Positions 21,401 to 30,535 of a stretch of 64,000 nucleotides of DNA are shown in pieces. How positions within the stretch are numbered: position 1 is the stretch's first letter; each line of letters opens with the position of its first letter. The notes beneath the pieces were generated by a model. It was not told where the DNA came from and searched no databases. It saw only the letters and a list, made by a program, of their open reading frames with translations. The stretch is from the IMG/VR virus record IMGVR_UViG_3300020439_001360, positions 4,034 through 68,033 of that record; one strand, given 5' to 3'. Position numbers and translations under genes: made by a program. Source of the stretch: a virus.

Positions 21401-23570
21401 ATTCTTTGCCGATGTAAGTCTTGCTGGTAGAGGATATACCGAAGCACCATCTGTTGTTATCAGAGGAACTGGTGCTAGTAACAACGGTGCTGTTATTGAG
21501 TCTGAAATTGAGATTGACGAACCCGCTGTAAGAATGGGTGTTGCAATTGACCCAGAGGGTGGAATCAGATCTACCACACCCACACGTTTCAACTTCGAGT
21601 ATCCTGTTTATCTTCAGAATGATACCGAGTATGCACTCAATATTGAGTGTGACGCTGTTGAATATAAACTGTGGTCTTCCAAGTTGGGAGAAGAAGATAT
21701 TTCTTCTGGTCTGGTTGTTAATGCACAACCTCTCCTCGGATCTCTATTCAAGTCCCAAAATACTGCTAACTGGGAAGAAGATCTATTTGAGGACATTAAG
21801 TTCACTCTATACAGAGCAGAATTCGATACCTCTAGAGATGGCGAACTAGTTATCAAGAATGAAGATCTAGGTTACGAAAAACTACAATCCGATCCTTTCG
21901 AGACTTATGCTCTCGCTAACAGCACAGCATCTTCTCCTCTATTCAAAAACAACAGCAATGTTGTTAAGGTGTACCACAGAGATCATGGTTTTGAAACCAC
22001 TGGAGATTCCAAAGTATTCTTTAGAGGACTACCCGATTTTGCTGGATATGATGCTATCGACCTAGAGTCTACGTTGTTCCAAGTTTCTAATGTAGGTATT
22101 GACTCTTACAATATCATTGGACCAACTAGAGCATCTGACACGGGATTCTTTGGTAACGATGCAGTTCTAGCATCTTACAATAGAAAGTACGAAAAACTCT
22201 ATGCACAAATTCCTTATCTACAAGTTAGTGGAACTTCTATTGACAGCATGGTGAAAACCACTAATGTTGTTCCTGTTGATTCTAATACCACCAACTATAC
22301 CTCATATTCTATGACAGATTATGAGACCACTTTCTTGAATGAAGAACAGTATTTCTTGAATCAAAAGTTGATTGCATCTCCAATCAACGAAAGTCTCAAC
22401 AATTTACAAGGATCGTTGATGTATAAGTTGACTCTGAAGTCCGAGAAGTCTCATCTTTCTCCTGTTGTTGACTTAAGATCTGCTTCTGCGAAGACTGTCA
22501 CCAATAGAGTAGAAAATCCTACAGGAACCGAAGGAAGATATGGTAAGAGATATCAAGAAGTTCAACTGTTCCCTGTATACAGATTCACTGTACAAGGAAA
22601 CGAAAGTGGTGGCAATCTGGTTCCTATCACCATCGATCAAAATGTCACTGGCGTAACTTCTGGCGCAGAGTCTGAAGTCCTACGTGTACGTGATAATGAC
22701 ATCTTCGTCAAGATCAAAAATTCTGTAAACTTTGTCTTGGGAGAGACTCTATATTTCAGCACCCAGTCTGCTTCTGGTGGTGATCTAGATGGAATTACTG
22801 TAGTGGTTGCAAACTCTGGAATCTTTAACGAAGTACCAGAATTTGTAGTTGGTTCTACTATTACTGCATTTAACCCTTCGGTAAGAACTGAAAAGTATGA
22901 TAATAAAGTCAGTGGTAAAGTAATCTTCTGGGATTCAAACACCAAGACATTAACTCTTGAAAACGACAAGAGACCTATCAATGATGATTATACTAGTGAA
23001 ATTACATTGGGCAGTGACTTTGCTAGAACTGCAACCACAAGTCTACAAACATCTGATGTCTTTAGAGTCGGTGATCTAATCGACTTTAAGAATGCTTCTT
23101 TCGAGACATCCAAGTTTGCTGAAATCAAGGCAATGACGTTTGGAGATGGTGTTGACTTTGTTGCAGAAAATGGTTCTGTAAACACCTCTGGTGTATCCAA
23201 GTATGTAACTAAAGAGATCTCCCTAGCAAGTTCTGCTTCTTCACTGAATACTAAATTGACTGTTAATGCAACTGATGTTAATAACATCCAAGTTCTGTAC
23301 AAGATTAAACCAGAAGCATCACAACAAAAGTTTGATGATATTAGTTGGACCTACTTCAATGGAGATGGTTCTTCTGATAATGATGTGATTGCTACGGCAC
23401 AGAACAGCATCTCTGGACAGTATGAATCTCAAGATGCATATCAAGAACTATCATTCACTGCGAATGATATTCCTGACTTCGCATCCTTTGCTATCAAGAT
23501 TGTTATGAAATCTGATAATCCATCTTATGTCCCCAAGATTCAGGACATGAGAACTGTTGCTTCTTTCTAA
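15450..23570 (+). CDS. VrlC-like (DUF4815-type) large virion structural protein
   Basis: MPQKTNL...PYFDDY...K.FYKVL.RPG.PVQ.RELN..QS.LQ.Q; APGAHR; LARRTYDESGDY; RYTMRDIGKLEKRI.RLEYYT.LS.LE. Confidence 0.88.
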   Translation: MPQKTNLKAAPYFDDYDSRKDFYKVLYRPGYPVQGRELNTTQSILQNQIESYGKYAFKQGDLVVPGEVGLNKKLDFVKLSSVSEVAVNVDGELVYQKYDIDGLVGQKINGLSSGVIAIVQTVVKATENNSDTLYVKYLTAGDSGDEETFRQGETLEVVDGVNSPLLVVGTDGSVLPTSVAVLNPDTSETTFVDSGAMGFGSAVQVEEGVYFVNGYFVRNDSGLIVVDGYSDNPSVKVGFKITETLVTPEDDPSLYDNAFGSSNYAAPGAHRLQITLSLVKYQFEQTPDKNFIQLLSIKNGVIQKQVKQAAYNTLENTLARRTYDESGDYVVENFDVDIREFYQRDGNFGLYSAGVDGTVGPNGISAMEAADKLIATVGAGKAYVRGFEIVNKETKYLEVDKARETLARDNVTIKSNGLASFTLTNVYNTLPLNAEGADLTAYPTIFLNAAYNDGTVGFNNLEEVTDYRQTLSRRGQGFDKDDAIKTIWVQASADLGLIDDTSISDSPGSGKLDIRTLYFVQTRTDTGGVATTNTVKVLSFAKVTRPEIGDVNAQFLQLTVAGRKDLLDDFFLEYDDNVATKRRFLYTSLANVQQEVNNLGYIVDYSDSIVPVIGVAKPKDFTLVKRPEGFNQDTDIIISRGKLADGRETYNGNFNLSYFNPVFFTRLFVDSPVTPDFAPGKYIYGTTSGAYGIVEGSSNGYMSLGRSLFVKTLYGNFVPGETINSEEGSVLRIPKNNTISHFVVQRQGTGYVAGSKINVNGTLFESADIEVGIDGGTVYKVVINNRDAIQTEFAAPPICEVTGANTIAVGIAPVLYRDTVLTYTAQNVKSLYSEFGSNNKFSADIETTEGSLSDTRNVTESTFSGTKGYKFIECNAFGSDASLVLVQGDIIQFNDDTGRVNKYTVELVTTPRGTDKSRIYLNGALPDTVTAKTVIRQRGKVNNGSTSTLIFPTGSKEVGSLVKSTEDTKLVYYIRRDFVTTGSDNGGNITFAAQLDFGTQRFTQFTERDFLITVLDKGGSDLVETGDVVYVSPEFVKILNTTDATSGLSSGSITLTFPGNYFGNNVTNFPKLKLTATIEVSKGRPKLKTAIKNKRIIIQSPGDQILPLRGLDYDSDSTEVFSYSDAFRIRYIYEGSSSAPPTVDVNGNLVVGTDLTNRFTFDDGQRDTFYDVSRIVLKPGFSPPTGQLVVAFDYFEHSQGDFCTVDSYIHEAGVVLDEIPDFNSNVHGNVSLKNVIDFRPKVDSTAIIPGYQDTSLLSQAEYINFIGPGGSVSSTPSSARNLPYTISFSESQYLDRIDGVFLTKKGEFVVKKGNASLNPSKPEIIEDGIPLYYMFIPAFTKSSKDVRITPVDNRRYTMRDIGKLEKRIERLEYYTTLSILEQQALNMQVKDSLGIDKTKSGFLVDNYETHNVGNVKSIDHLCSIDAQQSVLRPQSKEDSFALKEVNRRNDQRVISGYTNSNGIITLPYTNVTYAQNQFATKTVNPNPFVVLQYVGDAALMPNIDQWYNSSVAPLVTENNTNLFSVFLAKQDARVAFSSIYNSFVINWVGVNKTFYNLKSFAENNGRSAESTVSSASTGSSSNVSPQNNEIAKGVGYKTVNGTNVSNALKFYARSIPVKYVVRRMKPKTKLHVFMEGRDIARWINPDSRFTGVAGNSSTTFGNGVTTDEYGNASGIILVPSGYAPRENSFWTGNIDTMQYDDTSEEVYFSTGVKTIRFTSSSTDAPITDVNGVSSFAEVKFYATGILPENPASIISTAPAFFKANEGVQEIDSNTENKERPNPMAQTFKVESFEGGMFATGVDLFFSEKSATVPLRVYLSNVEADKPGKYILPGSVKTLYPDTFLKVYSSGNITIQQGEDITGNRSLAKGPIAKVLDRNNFEVTPSSNGEISLTNEQTYTFVLSNHNGRDFLQNEDLTIGTVTAYNNANNATVGLKIAKDSGRVSKLNITNLGSGYESATITIESPQLPGGSNATGSVKVSGGQLFFADVSLAGRGYTEAPSVVIRGTGASNNGAVIESEIEIDEPAVRMGVAIDPEGGIRSTTPTRFNFEYPVYLQNDTEYALNIECDAVEYKLWSSKLGEEDISSGLVVNAQPLLGSLFKSQNTANWEEDLFEDIKFTLYRAEFDTSRDGELVIKNEDLGYEKLQSDPFETYALANSTASSPLFKNNSNVVKVYHRDHGFETTGDSKVFFRGLPDFAGYDAIDLESTLFQVSNVGIDSYNIIGPTRASDTGFFGNDAVLASYNRKYEKLYAQIPYLQVSGTSIDSMVKTTNVVPVDSNTTNYTSYSMTDYETTFLNEEQYFLNQKLIASPINESLNNLQGSLMYKLTLKSEKSHLSPVVDLRSASAKTVTNRVENPTGTEGRYGKRYQEVQLFPVYRFTVQGNESGGNLVPITIDQNVTGVTSGAESEVLRVRDNDIFVKIKNSVNFVLGETLYFSTQSASGGDLDGITVVVANSGIFNEVPEFVVGSTITAFNPSVRTEKYDNKVSGKVIFWDSNTKTLTLENDKRPINDDYTSEITLGSDFARTATTSLQTSDVFRVGDLIDFKNASFETSKFAEIKAMTFGDGVDFVAENGSVNTSGVSKYVTKEISLASSASSLNTKLTVNATDVNNIQVLYKIKPEASQQKFDDISWTYFNGDGSSDNDVIATAQNSISGQYESQDAYQELSFTANDIPDFASFAIKIVMKSDNPSYVPKIQDMRTVASF

Positions 23571-23571
23571 T

Positions 23572-23769
23572 ATGAAACTATCTGAATATTTACAAGTCGA
23601 AGGTCAAGAAGGACTTGTGCGAGATATGAACACGGGTGCCATTATCAACACGGCACCCAAACCAAAAAAGAGACTCGCAGAAGAGTTCAAGAATGTGCAG
23701 GATGATCTAAATACTTTGAAGGAAGAAATGTCCGAAATTAAGTCCCTCCTTAAGCAGTTAATCAAATGA
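23572..23769 (+). CDS. Small hypothetical protein with coiled-coil C-terminus
   Basis: V.G..GLVRD..TGAIIN followed by a heptad-like tail; ATG at 23572 follows the upstream stop. Confidence 0.75.
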   Translation: MKLSEYLQVEGQEGLVRDMNTGAIINTAPKPKKRLAEEFKNVQDDLNTLKEEMSEIKSLLKQLIK

Positions 23770-24851
23770 CACTACGTAACGTACCAAAGGCGCATACGCT
23801 GGAACAGCAGCGTCAAGAGATTAACTTAATCGCATCTGACCTCGATACCGCAGTCGATGGTACGAAAACATTTGGTGGGAGTAAAACATTCTCTAGTGAT
23901 GTAACATTCCAAAGCACTGTAGCATTCGACGGCATTGCAACATTCAATAGCAGTCCTACTTTTTCTGATAATATAGCAGCAAACTTTGGTGATGATGCTG
24001 ACCTAAAAATTTACTATGATGGTTCATTAGGTGTCGAAACTTCTTTCATCGATTCTGATGCTTTACAGATTAGATCAGAATCTGATACTAGTGAATTGTA
24101 TGCTACATTCTTGAAGGATGGACCTGTTGAGCTATACCACAATGGTGCTAAAAAATTTGGAACTAATCTTACAGGTGCGACAGTTTTAGGAGATCTTGAA
24201 ATTAATGACGAGATCCATTCTGCATCTGGAGGAATCACACTTAAAGTTGCCGATGAGATAACTCCTGGCAACATGATCACCGCAGCAGTTTTTGGCGGTT
24301 CAATCTATGCTCCATACGGATTTGACACATACAATCTTGCTAATTTCCCTACTGGTGGTATCAGTGAGACATCTACTGATGCTGGATTTAGTGTAGGTAG
24401 CAATGGACAAATTTATATTGCTACCAATGGTAGTAGTGCTCTTTGGAAAGGCAGACAGGTAGGAACTGCAGGAATCACATCTGAAATCGATGCTCCTGGT
24501 AATGCTACATTTGCAGGAACTGTTGATGCAGCAGCATTTACTATCAGTGGTACACCATTCACTGGATCTACTGGTGAGATTACGCTAGGTACAACTCCTA
24601 CGTGGACTGGAACAGCAGGAGTAACGGTGACACAGCAATCCAGTGGCAACTATCGTATGACCTTCACAAATGCATTTACTAATGCCACTGACTACTATGT
24701 CTTCACCAATCACATGGATTATATTGGTGGTCAGGTAGTATTTGTGAAGACTACTAGATCCAATACACACATTGATTTTGTTGTATACAGAGAAGGTGAT
24801 GGTGCGCTCGTTGACACTGGGTCTGTCGCAGTTCAGGTTATTGCACACTGA
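23766..24851 (+). CDS. Short tail-fibre-like protein
   Basis: LRNVP...TLEQQRQEIN N-terminus; FGDDADLKIY and VELYHNG.KK fibre motifs. Confidence 0.7.
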   Translation: MTLRNVPKAHTLEQQRQEINLIASDLDTAVDGTKTFGGSKTFSSDVTFQSTVAFDGIATFNSSPTFSDNIAANFGDDADLKIYYDGSLGVETSFIDSDALQIRSESDTSELYATFLKDGPVELYHNGAKKFGTNLTGATVLGDLEINDEIHSASGGITLKVADEITPGNMITAAVFGGSIYAPYGFDTYNLANFPTGGISETSTDAGFSVGSNGQIYIATNGSSALWKGRQVGTAGITSEIDAPGNATFAGTVDAAAFTISGTPFTGSTGEITLGTTPTWTGTAGVTVTQQSSGNYRMTFTNAFTNATDYYVFTNHMDYIGGQVVFVKTTRSNTHIDFVVYREGDGALVDTGSVAVQVIAH

Positions 24852-24883
24852 TAAATACTAAAATAGAGGAATAGTCTGGTATC

Positions 24884-26320
24884 ATGCCATTAAGAAACGT
24901 ACCAATTACATATACCCTGGATCAACAGCGCCAGGAGATCAATGCTCTTGCTGCTGATGTAAACGGGTTAGACGTTACCTTTGACGAAAAGGTGGATGAT
25001 AGGGTTGCCGCCCTATTACAAGGTGGTGTGGGAACAGCAGTTACTTATGATGATGCTAACGGATCTTTAACAATCGATCTAGCATTCAACGAGTTTTCCA
25101 CATCTTCAGTTCTGGAAGGCACCAATCTCTACTTCACAGATGCCAGAGCGAATGCTGCTATTGACGCAAGAGTAAACCAGACATTTGTCAATAACCTGAA
25201 TATCACCAATCTTGGTCCCCAAGATTCTATTACTCTATCTCTAGGTCAAACAACCAAGTATCTAACTCCTCTAAACTACAATAACGTATCGTGGGACACC
25301 GCCTATGGATGGGGTGATCACGGCGCTGTTGGATATCTAACAAGTTACACAGAAACTTCTACATTAAACGATGTAGTCGGACGAGGAGATACAACTGCTT
25401 CTAGTATTAATGTTGGTGGAGTAAATACAAATTCAATTACTACAGCAACAGCATCAGCAAACTTAACGTTGACTGGAAACAATGTAGTTGTTCCATCCAA
25501 CACTAGATTTGGTACTATTGCTACTGCACTGGCAAATGACTATGGTGTTCTTGTCGATAAAGATGGTGAAATTGTAATTAACCACGCCCCAGGTTCTGGT
25601 GGGTTAACACTCAAGTCAAGTGGCAATACTACATTCAATATTGACGGTAGTGGAAAAATTAATGGTGTTGTTAAGTTTGTAACTTCTGATGGCACTGCTG
25701 GACAATCTCTAACCACTGACGGAAATGGTCAACTATATTGGGGTGAAGGTGGTGGTGCCAATGTCGAAGTAGGTGACAACCCACCATCAAATGCCACCAG
25801 TGGAGATATGTGGTGGGAGAGTGATTCTGGTCGCTTGAAAGTTTATTATGACAATGGAGCAAACCCAGCAGCATGGGTTGATGCGTCCCCTCCTCTTGTA
25901 GCAGAATCTCCAAACTCGGCATTCAGAACTGCTGTTGGCGACGTTGATGCGTCGTTTACTTTGGGTGGATCTGGAACATTATTCGCTGATGATAACGGAA
26001 CGTTTAATGCAGGCATTACTGTATCAAACTTTTCTAGAACAAGGGTTAGCGTCTTGTTCGGTAAACTAAATGGCACTAACAATACTAGTGGACTTATTGC
26101 CATTGAAAGAAGTGATGGATCTTCACTGACAGAGATTTGTACAATTGCCACAACAGATCCAAATGTCACTGGCGTAACACCATTGTATTTTGAGTTTGTA
26201 GATAGTCATGGCGGAACTACTGGTGATATTATGACATATCAAATTAGATTAAAGTCTTTGAATGCATCTGGAAATAGAACTGGTACTGAAACGTGTCAGT
26301 TATATGTTCAAGAAATTTGA
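24884..26320 (+). CDS. Tail-fibre-like protein (N-terminal paralog of the upstream gene)
   Basis: Same N-terminal motif; EGTNLYFT..RA, WDTAYGWGDH...GYLT, GDMWWESDSGRLKVYY...WVDASP fibre motifs; ATAAATA at 24851. Confidence 0.72.
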   Translation: MPLRNVPITYTLDQQRQEINALAADVNGLDVTFDEKVDDRVAALLQGGVGTAVTYDDANGSLTIDLAFNEFSTSSVLEGTNLYFTDARANAAIDARVNQTFVNNLNITNLGPQDSITLSLGQTTKYLTPLNYNNVSWDTAYGWGDHGAVGYLTSYTETSTLNDVVGRGDTTASSINVGGVNTNSITTATASANLTLTGNNVVVPSNTRFGTIATALANDYGVLVDKDGEIVINHAPGSGGLTLKSSGNTTFNIDGSGKINGVVKFVTSDGTAGQSLTTDGNGQLYWGEGGGANVEVGDNPPSNATSGDMWWESDSGRLKVYYDNGANPAAWVDASPPLVAESPNSAFRTAVGDVDASFTLGGSGTLFADDNGTFNAGITVSNFSRTRVSVLFGKLNGTNNTSGLIAIERSDGSSLTEICTIATTDPNVTGVTPLYFEFVDSHGGTTGDIMTYQIRLKSLNASGNRTGTETCQLYVQEI

Positions 26321-26351
26321 AATAAATAACTAAACGGAGAGATCTTAAGAA

Positions 26352-26993
26352 ATGGCAATTCTATTCCCAGATACCGCTGGACAAGCTACAGACGGTTCAT
26401 TTACACATACCGAGGGTGGTCTTACTTGGATCTGGAATGGTAGCAGCTGGAAGTCTAGTGGCGGAACCCTCGATTCATACCAACTACCAACCGCAAGCAC
26501 AACTGTATTGGGCGGTGTAAAAGTAGACGGATCTACTGTCACTATTACTAATGGAGTAATCAGTTCCGCTGGCGGCGGTGGTGGAGGCGGTGGTGGTGGC
26601 ACCAGTCTTGGGACAAGACAAGATTTTAACAACTCCACTAGTGCTACTCATGCTAATGATGTTGATGAGAGTATTGTTATTACAGCATATAAGTCATATG
26701 CACTACTGAAGTTAAATGTATCTCACCCAGCATGGGTAAGAATTTATCCTACATCTGCAGCAAGAACAGCAGATGCATCTAGAACTATTTCTGAAGATCC
26801 CACCCCTGGTTCTGGCGTAATTGCAGAAGCTATTACAACAGGAACCAATGAAGATGTTCTCTTCACTCCTGCTTTGATTGGATTTAACGATGATGCTACA
26901 CCATCAACAAACGTTTATCTAGCAGTTATGAATAAGTCTGGAGGACAACAATCCATCACTGTCGAGATGACTGTACTCCAACTAGAGGCATAA
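26352..26993 (+). CDS. Fibre-associated structural protein with poly-Gly linker
   Basis: AI.FP...W.WNG..W N-terminus, LPTAS...LGGVKV, Gly run; ATAAATA at 26322. Confidence 0.7.
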   Translation: MAILFPDTAGQATDGSFTHTEGGLTWIWNGSSWKSSGGTLDSYQLPTASTTVLGGVKVDGSTVTITNGVISSAGGGGGGGGGGTSLGTRQDFNNSTSATHANDVDESIVITAYKSYALLKLNVSHPAWVRIYPTSAARTADASRTISEDPTPGSGVIAEAITTGTNEDVLFTPALIGFNDDATPSTNVYLAVMNKSGGQQSITVEMTVLQLEA

Positions 26994-26994
26994 A

Positions 26995-29250
26995 ATGGAA
27001 CTAGGCGGTTCAGCAGTATTAGTAGATGTTATCCTTGTCGAAGGAACTGACAAGCAAGCATTTGTAGATAGTTTTGACGAGAATAAAGCAGAGTGGTGGA
27101 ATATGCTTCCATCTATGCCTACCTTACTTGTTATGCTCGTTGAGGGAGATTTCATAGAGACTCTAAAAGCAGATCCAAGAGTTGTTTCTGCAATGGAAGT
27201 TCCACAATCATTTCCATGTACTCTCCCAGATAAGGAGAGCATGACAAAAAGATTTACTTCTTCCACAAGTTCATCTTATAGAGCAGCATCTGGACTAGGA
27301 GAAGATAATTCGGGTCTCCAGTTTTACTTGGACACAGAACATATCGTTGCTACAGATCCTGGTGGAGAAATTCAAAAAATTGGTAGAGAAGTTGGTAGCA
27401 CTAATGGTGACGACGCATACTTTGTTGATGGCACTTATACTTCTAGATGGACTGGAAAGAACGTCGATATCGTCACATTAGAATCTGGTAGTGGTGGAGA
27501 CTGGTCTACTCACCAAGGTTTACATGATCTACACCCAGACTTCCAAAAGTTAGAAAGTGAAGATGACTCTCACGGGAGTGTACATCCTTACTGGTATCAG
27601 TGTACCATACACTCCAATATGAAGAATACCATCACAATTAATGATGCTGATGGTACTAGAGAAAACTATAATATTGCTGTAAGTTTTGGCGGAAGTGGAA
27701 TCTACACATTGAGTGGATCTGATAGAAATGGAACTGTCAATGGAAGCAATCCTCCACTAGTATTCCAAGAAGGAGATACTGTAACATTTAGCGTAACTGC
27801 TTCTGGTCACCCATTTGAAATTCGTTTTGCTGATGGTGGCGCTGCCGTAAGTGATGGCAGTGTTCAAAATAATGCCAGTGATTCTGGAGATGTAATCTGG
27901 ACTTTAAGAACGGCATCTAGATTCATTCCAATGGATTGGCCAGATCTAGAAGCAGCTGCCAACAACCAAGTAACATCTCAAGATGGTGGCAACAGTGGAT
28001 TGACTAATCACGGCATTGGTGTATTGAGTGTTTCTGGCGGTACTATTTGTGGATTTGCAAAGAAAGCAAATCTTTATGCAATGTACCTAGTTACTGGTGA
28101 CAGTCCAACAGAGTGTATTCAGGCATTGATTGATTGGCATAATGCCAAACCAAATAATCCAGAAACTGGAGAGAAAAACCCCACTATCATGATTGCAGAA
28201 TATCAATATCTGCAAGACAGGCAACGTGCAATTCCAGTAGATTATGTTGACAGTATTGTCACTCCAAATGGAACTGTCAATAGACCTGCTGGTGGTTCTT
28301 GGGGATCTGATCTATCAGATTTCGTGAGAGCAAACATTATCCCATTTAAAGTCTACGATGAAACTAACGGCACCAGATGGTGTGTCGTGATGCCTAACCA
28401 GTTTACATATAGTTCTTTACACACCGCACTAGAAACTGCTTGGAATAGTGGTATCATCTGTGTTAATGCCGCTGGTAATAATGGCGGAACATACACGAAG
28501 AGAGACGATTCTCAAGATGTGTACATCACTGTAGATGAACCAACGCCATATGATATTACATTCATTTCTTATGGGAGTGACAATAGTGCTTCTACTTCTA
28601 GCGTCACCACTTGGTATCCTCATATAGCATATGGTCCACATGGAACCAATAACAATATTGATGTAGCAGCAGGATACAACTCGGAAGCAATGCCTGGTTG
28701 GGACGGATATTCAAACCGTGGACCTGGTATTACTATTACAGGACTTGGAGCGAACACTTACAGTGCATATCAAACTTCAACATATGGATCCTACAAGTGG
28801 GGTATGTTCTCTGGAACAAGTTGTGCAACACCAACTGTTGTAGGAAAAATTGCTTGCCTGATGGAGAAGTATCAATACTATAATGGAACTTGGCCATCAC
28901 CAAATGCAACCAAGCAATTATTGGTCAGGGCAGCAAAGAATGTAGTACGTGGCATCCCTTCGGGAGGAACCAGTTTTTCTTGGACTAATGTTCCTAGTGC
29001 TGGTGGCGCATCCCTATCCAATGCAATTTCTTTTGGAAACTGCTCCATTACAAATGGCAGTGGAAATGGTGGTTACAAATACACAGAGGCAGCAGGAACA
29101 CCTGGACTACGAGCATTTTTTGACGAACCAGACTTCTCTGGTCATAAATTAAAACTTAAAGGTAGAAGACCAGTTCAGGGAGCAACATACCCCAGAACAT
29201 CTAATTCCATTGGAAGAACATCCGCAACCTACCCAGAATTGATCGTCTAA
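26995..29250 (+). CDS. Subtilisin-like (S8) serine protease, probably virion-associated
   Basis: TGKNVDIVTLESG, NHGIGV, AAGN and FSGTSCATP motifs in subtilase order; propeptide-like N-terminus. Confidence 0.82.
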   Translation: MELGGSAVLVDVILVEGTDKQAFVDSFDENKAEWWNMLPSMPTLLVMLVEGDFIETLKADPRVVSAMEVPQSFPCTLPDKESMTKRFTSSTSSSYRAASGLGEDNSGLQFYLDTEHIVATDPGGEIQKIGREVGSTNGDDAYFVDGTYTSRWTGKNVDIVTLESGSGGDWSTHQGLHDLHPDFQKLESEDDSHGSVHPYWYQCTIHSNMKNTITINDADGTRENYNIAVSFGGSGIYTLSGSDRNGTVNGSNPPLVFQEGDTVTFSVTASGHPFEIRFADGGAAVSDGSVQNNASDSGDVIWTLRTASRFIPMDWPDLEAAANNQVTSQDGGNSGLTNHGIGVLSVSGGTICGFAKKANLYAMYLVTGDSPTECIQALIDWHNAKPNNPETGEKNPTIMIAEYQYLQDRQRAIPVDYVDSIVTPNGTVNRPAGGSWGSDLSDFVRANIIPFKVYDETNGTRWCVVMPNQFTYSSLHTALETAWNSGIICVNAAGNNGGTYTKRDDSQDVYITVDEPTPYDITFISYGSDNSASTSSVTTWYPHIAYGPHGTNNNIDVAAGYNSEAMPGWDGYSNRGPGITITGLGANTYSAYQTSTYGSYKWGMFSGTSCATPTVVGKIACLMEKYQYYNGTWPSPNATKQLLVRAAKNVVRGIPSGGTSFSWTNVPSAGGASLSNAISFGNCSITNGSGNGGYKYTEAAGTPGLRAFFDEPDFSGHKLKLKGRRPVQGATYPRTSNSIGRTSATYPELIV

Positions 29251-29274
29251 ATATAGATACTTGTTATACTCAAT

Positions 29275-29463
29275 ATGGATAATGCACAGTTGCGAGCTGA
29301 ATTTGAAAAGCAGTTTGCAGACTATGATCTGAAGATCAGAAGAGGTGAAGAAGAACTTGCCAAGTTGCGTGAATATCGCACTAAACTAGAAGGCGGTTTG
29401 GAAGCACTTAACCTACTAGAAAAGGATACCGATGGCAGCGATACCAGTCAACATACTGATTGA
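29275..29463 (+). CDS. Small coiled-coil hypothetical protein
   Basis: 62 aa ending KLEGGLEAL; CTAAATA at 29247. Confidence 0.7.
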   Translation: MDNAQLRAEFEKQFADYDLKIRRGEEELAKLREYRTKLEGGLEALNLLEKDTDGSDTSQHTD

Positions 29464-29764
29464 TAAAGGAGCAGACTTTGCCGTCACCTTTTTCATCACT
29501 AATAAAGACGGAACCCCACTAAACATGTCGGGGTATACTGGTGCTGCAGCGATGAAGAAGAGTTATTCTGCAACAACTTCAGTTCCATTTACTCTAGATT
29601 TTGTTAACAGAACTACAGGGGAAATTGCTCTGACACTAACAGACACAGAAACCCTGGCGTTAGATCGTAGGAGATATGTTTACGATATTGTCCTTACAGA
29701 TCCTAATGGATATAAAACTAGAGTAATTATGGGGAATGCAGAAGTAAGTCCTGGAGTTTCCTGA
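29432..29764 (+). CDS. Virion structural protein, BppU-N-like adaptor
   Basis: NI.IDKGADF...F, P.N.SGYT..A.MKK, G.I.L.LT...T..L..RRYVYDI, RV..G...VSPGV. Confidence 0.72.
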   Translation: MAAIPVNILIDKGADFAVTFFITNKDGTPLNMSGYTGAAAMKKSYSATTSVPFTLDFVNRTTGEIALTLTDTETLALDRRRYVYDIVLTDPNGYKTRVIMGNAEVSPGVS

Positions 29765-30483
29765 TGGCACAGTATAACGTCAGGGTTGGTAATAATGCAT
29801 ATCGTGTTGGTAAGCAGTTACCAGCGCAACATAAACTTGACGTAAACTACCAGATTCCGTCAAAGTCAGTACAGTATTCAAATCTTCTGATTGAATCACT
29901 GGCATCACAATTTGATGGAACACAAGATACATTCAACATCATTGTTAATGGAGAACCGTACACTCCATTGAATGAGGAGCAATTATTAATTTCTATTGGC
30001 GATACTGTGTTGTCACCTGGAGTTGATTATGTTGTTTCCAACGATCAGATTGTTTTTAATACACCACCAAATGCGGGTGTTCAATTCTTCGGAGTGGCGT
30101 ATGCTACCACCGCAGACTTAACTAGAACACTTAACTATGTTATAGACAGTGGTTCTTTTCCTATGGGCAATGGTCCAAAAGGAACTATGACTGTTGACGT
30201 TACTGGTATCATTGAGTCTTGGACTATCCTTGCTGATAGTGAAGGCAACATTGAAATTGACATCGAGAAGTGTAGTTTTGACGATTTCCCCAACTTCCAA
30301 TCTATATGTGGTACTGAACGTCCTACATTGGGATCCATAAATAACTTCACGGCCAGAAAAAACAAAGACGACAGTCTGTCCACCTGGAACACTACAGTGA
30401 ACGCAGGAGACATTTTTCAGTTTAAGGTGAATTATTCGATCAATATTTCACGATGCATGGTCTCATTAAAACTGAAACTATAA
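29764..30483 (+). CDS. Virion structural protein
   Basis: S.FDG....F and L.PG.DY.V....I.F..PP module also present in the gp7-like protein. Confidence 0.7.
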   Translation: MAQYNVRVGNNAYRVGKQLPAQHKLDVNYQIPSKSVQYSNLLIESLASQFDGTQDTFNIIVNGEPYTPLNEEQLLISIGDTVLSPGVDYVVSNDQIVFNTPPNAGVQFFGVAYATTADLTRTLNYVIDSGSFPMGNGPKGTMTVDVTGIIESWTILADSEGNIEIDIEKCSFDDFPNFQSICGTERPTLGSINNFTARKNKDDSLSTWNTTVNAGDIFQFKVNYSINISRCMVSLKLKL

Positions 30484-30501
30484 ATAGTAACGATATAAAT
30501 A
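30479..30501 (+). promoter_or_regulatory. Two T4-type late promoters
   Basis: TATAAATA at 30479-30486 and 30494-30501. Confidence 0.8.
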
Positions 30502-30535
30502 AATTTACACCGAGAGATAAACACGGAGAGTTTAC

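Noticed and set aside
4401-23570. Inteins, introns or homing endonucleases in the giant ORFs
   Set aside because: No intein splice-junction, LAGLIDADG, HNH or GIY-YIG motifs noticed; size is explained by structural repeats and inserted modules.
26571-26600. GGN run as a contingency repeat
   Set aside because: Mixed Gly codons encoding an ordinary poly-Gly linker.
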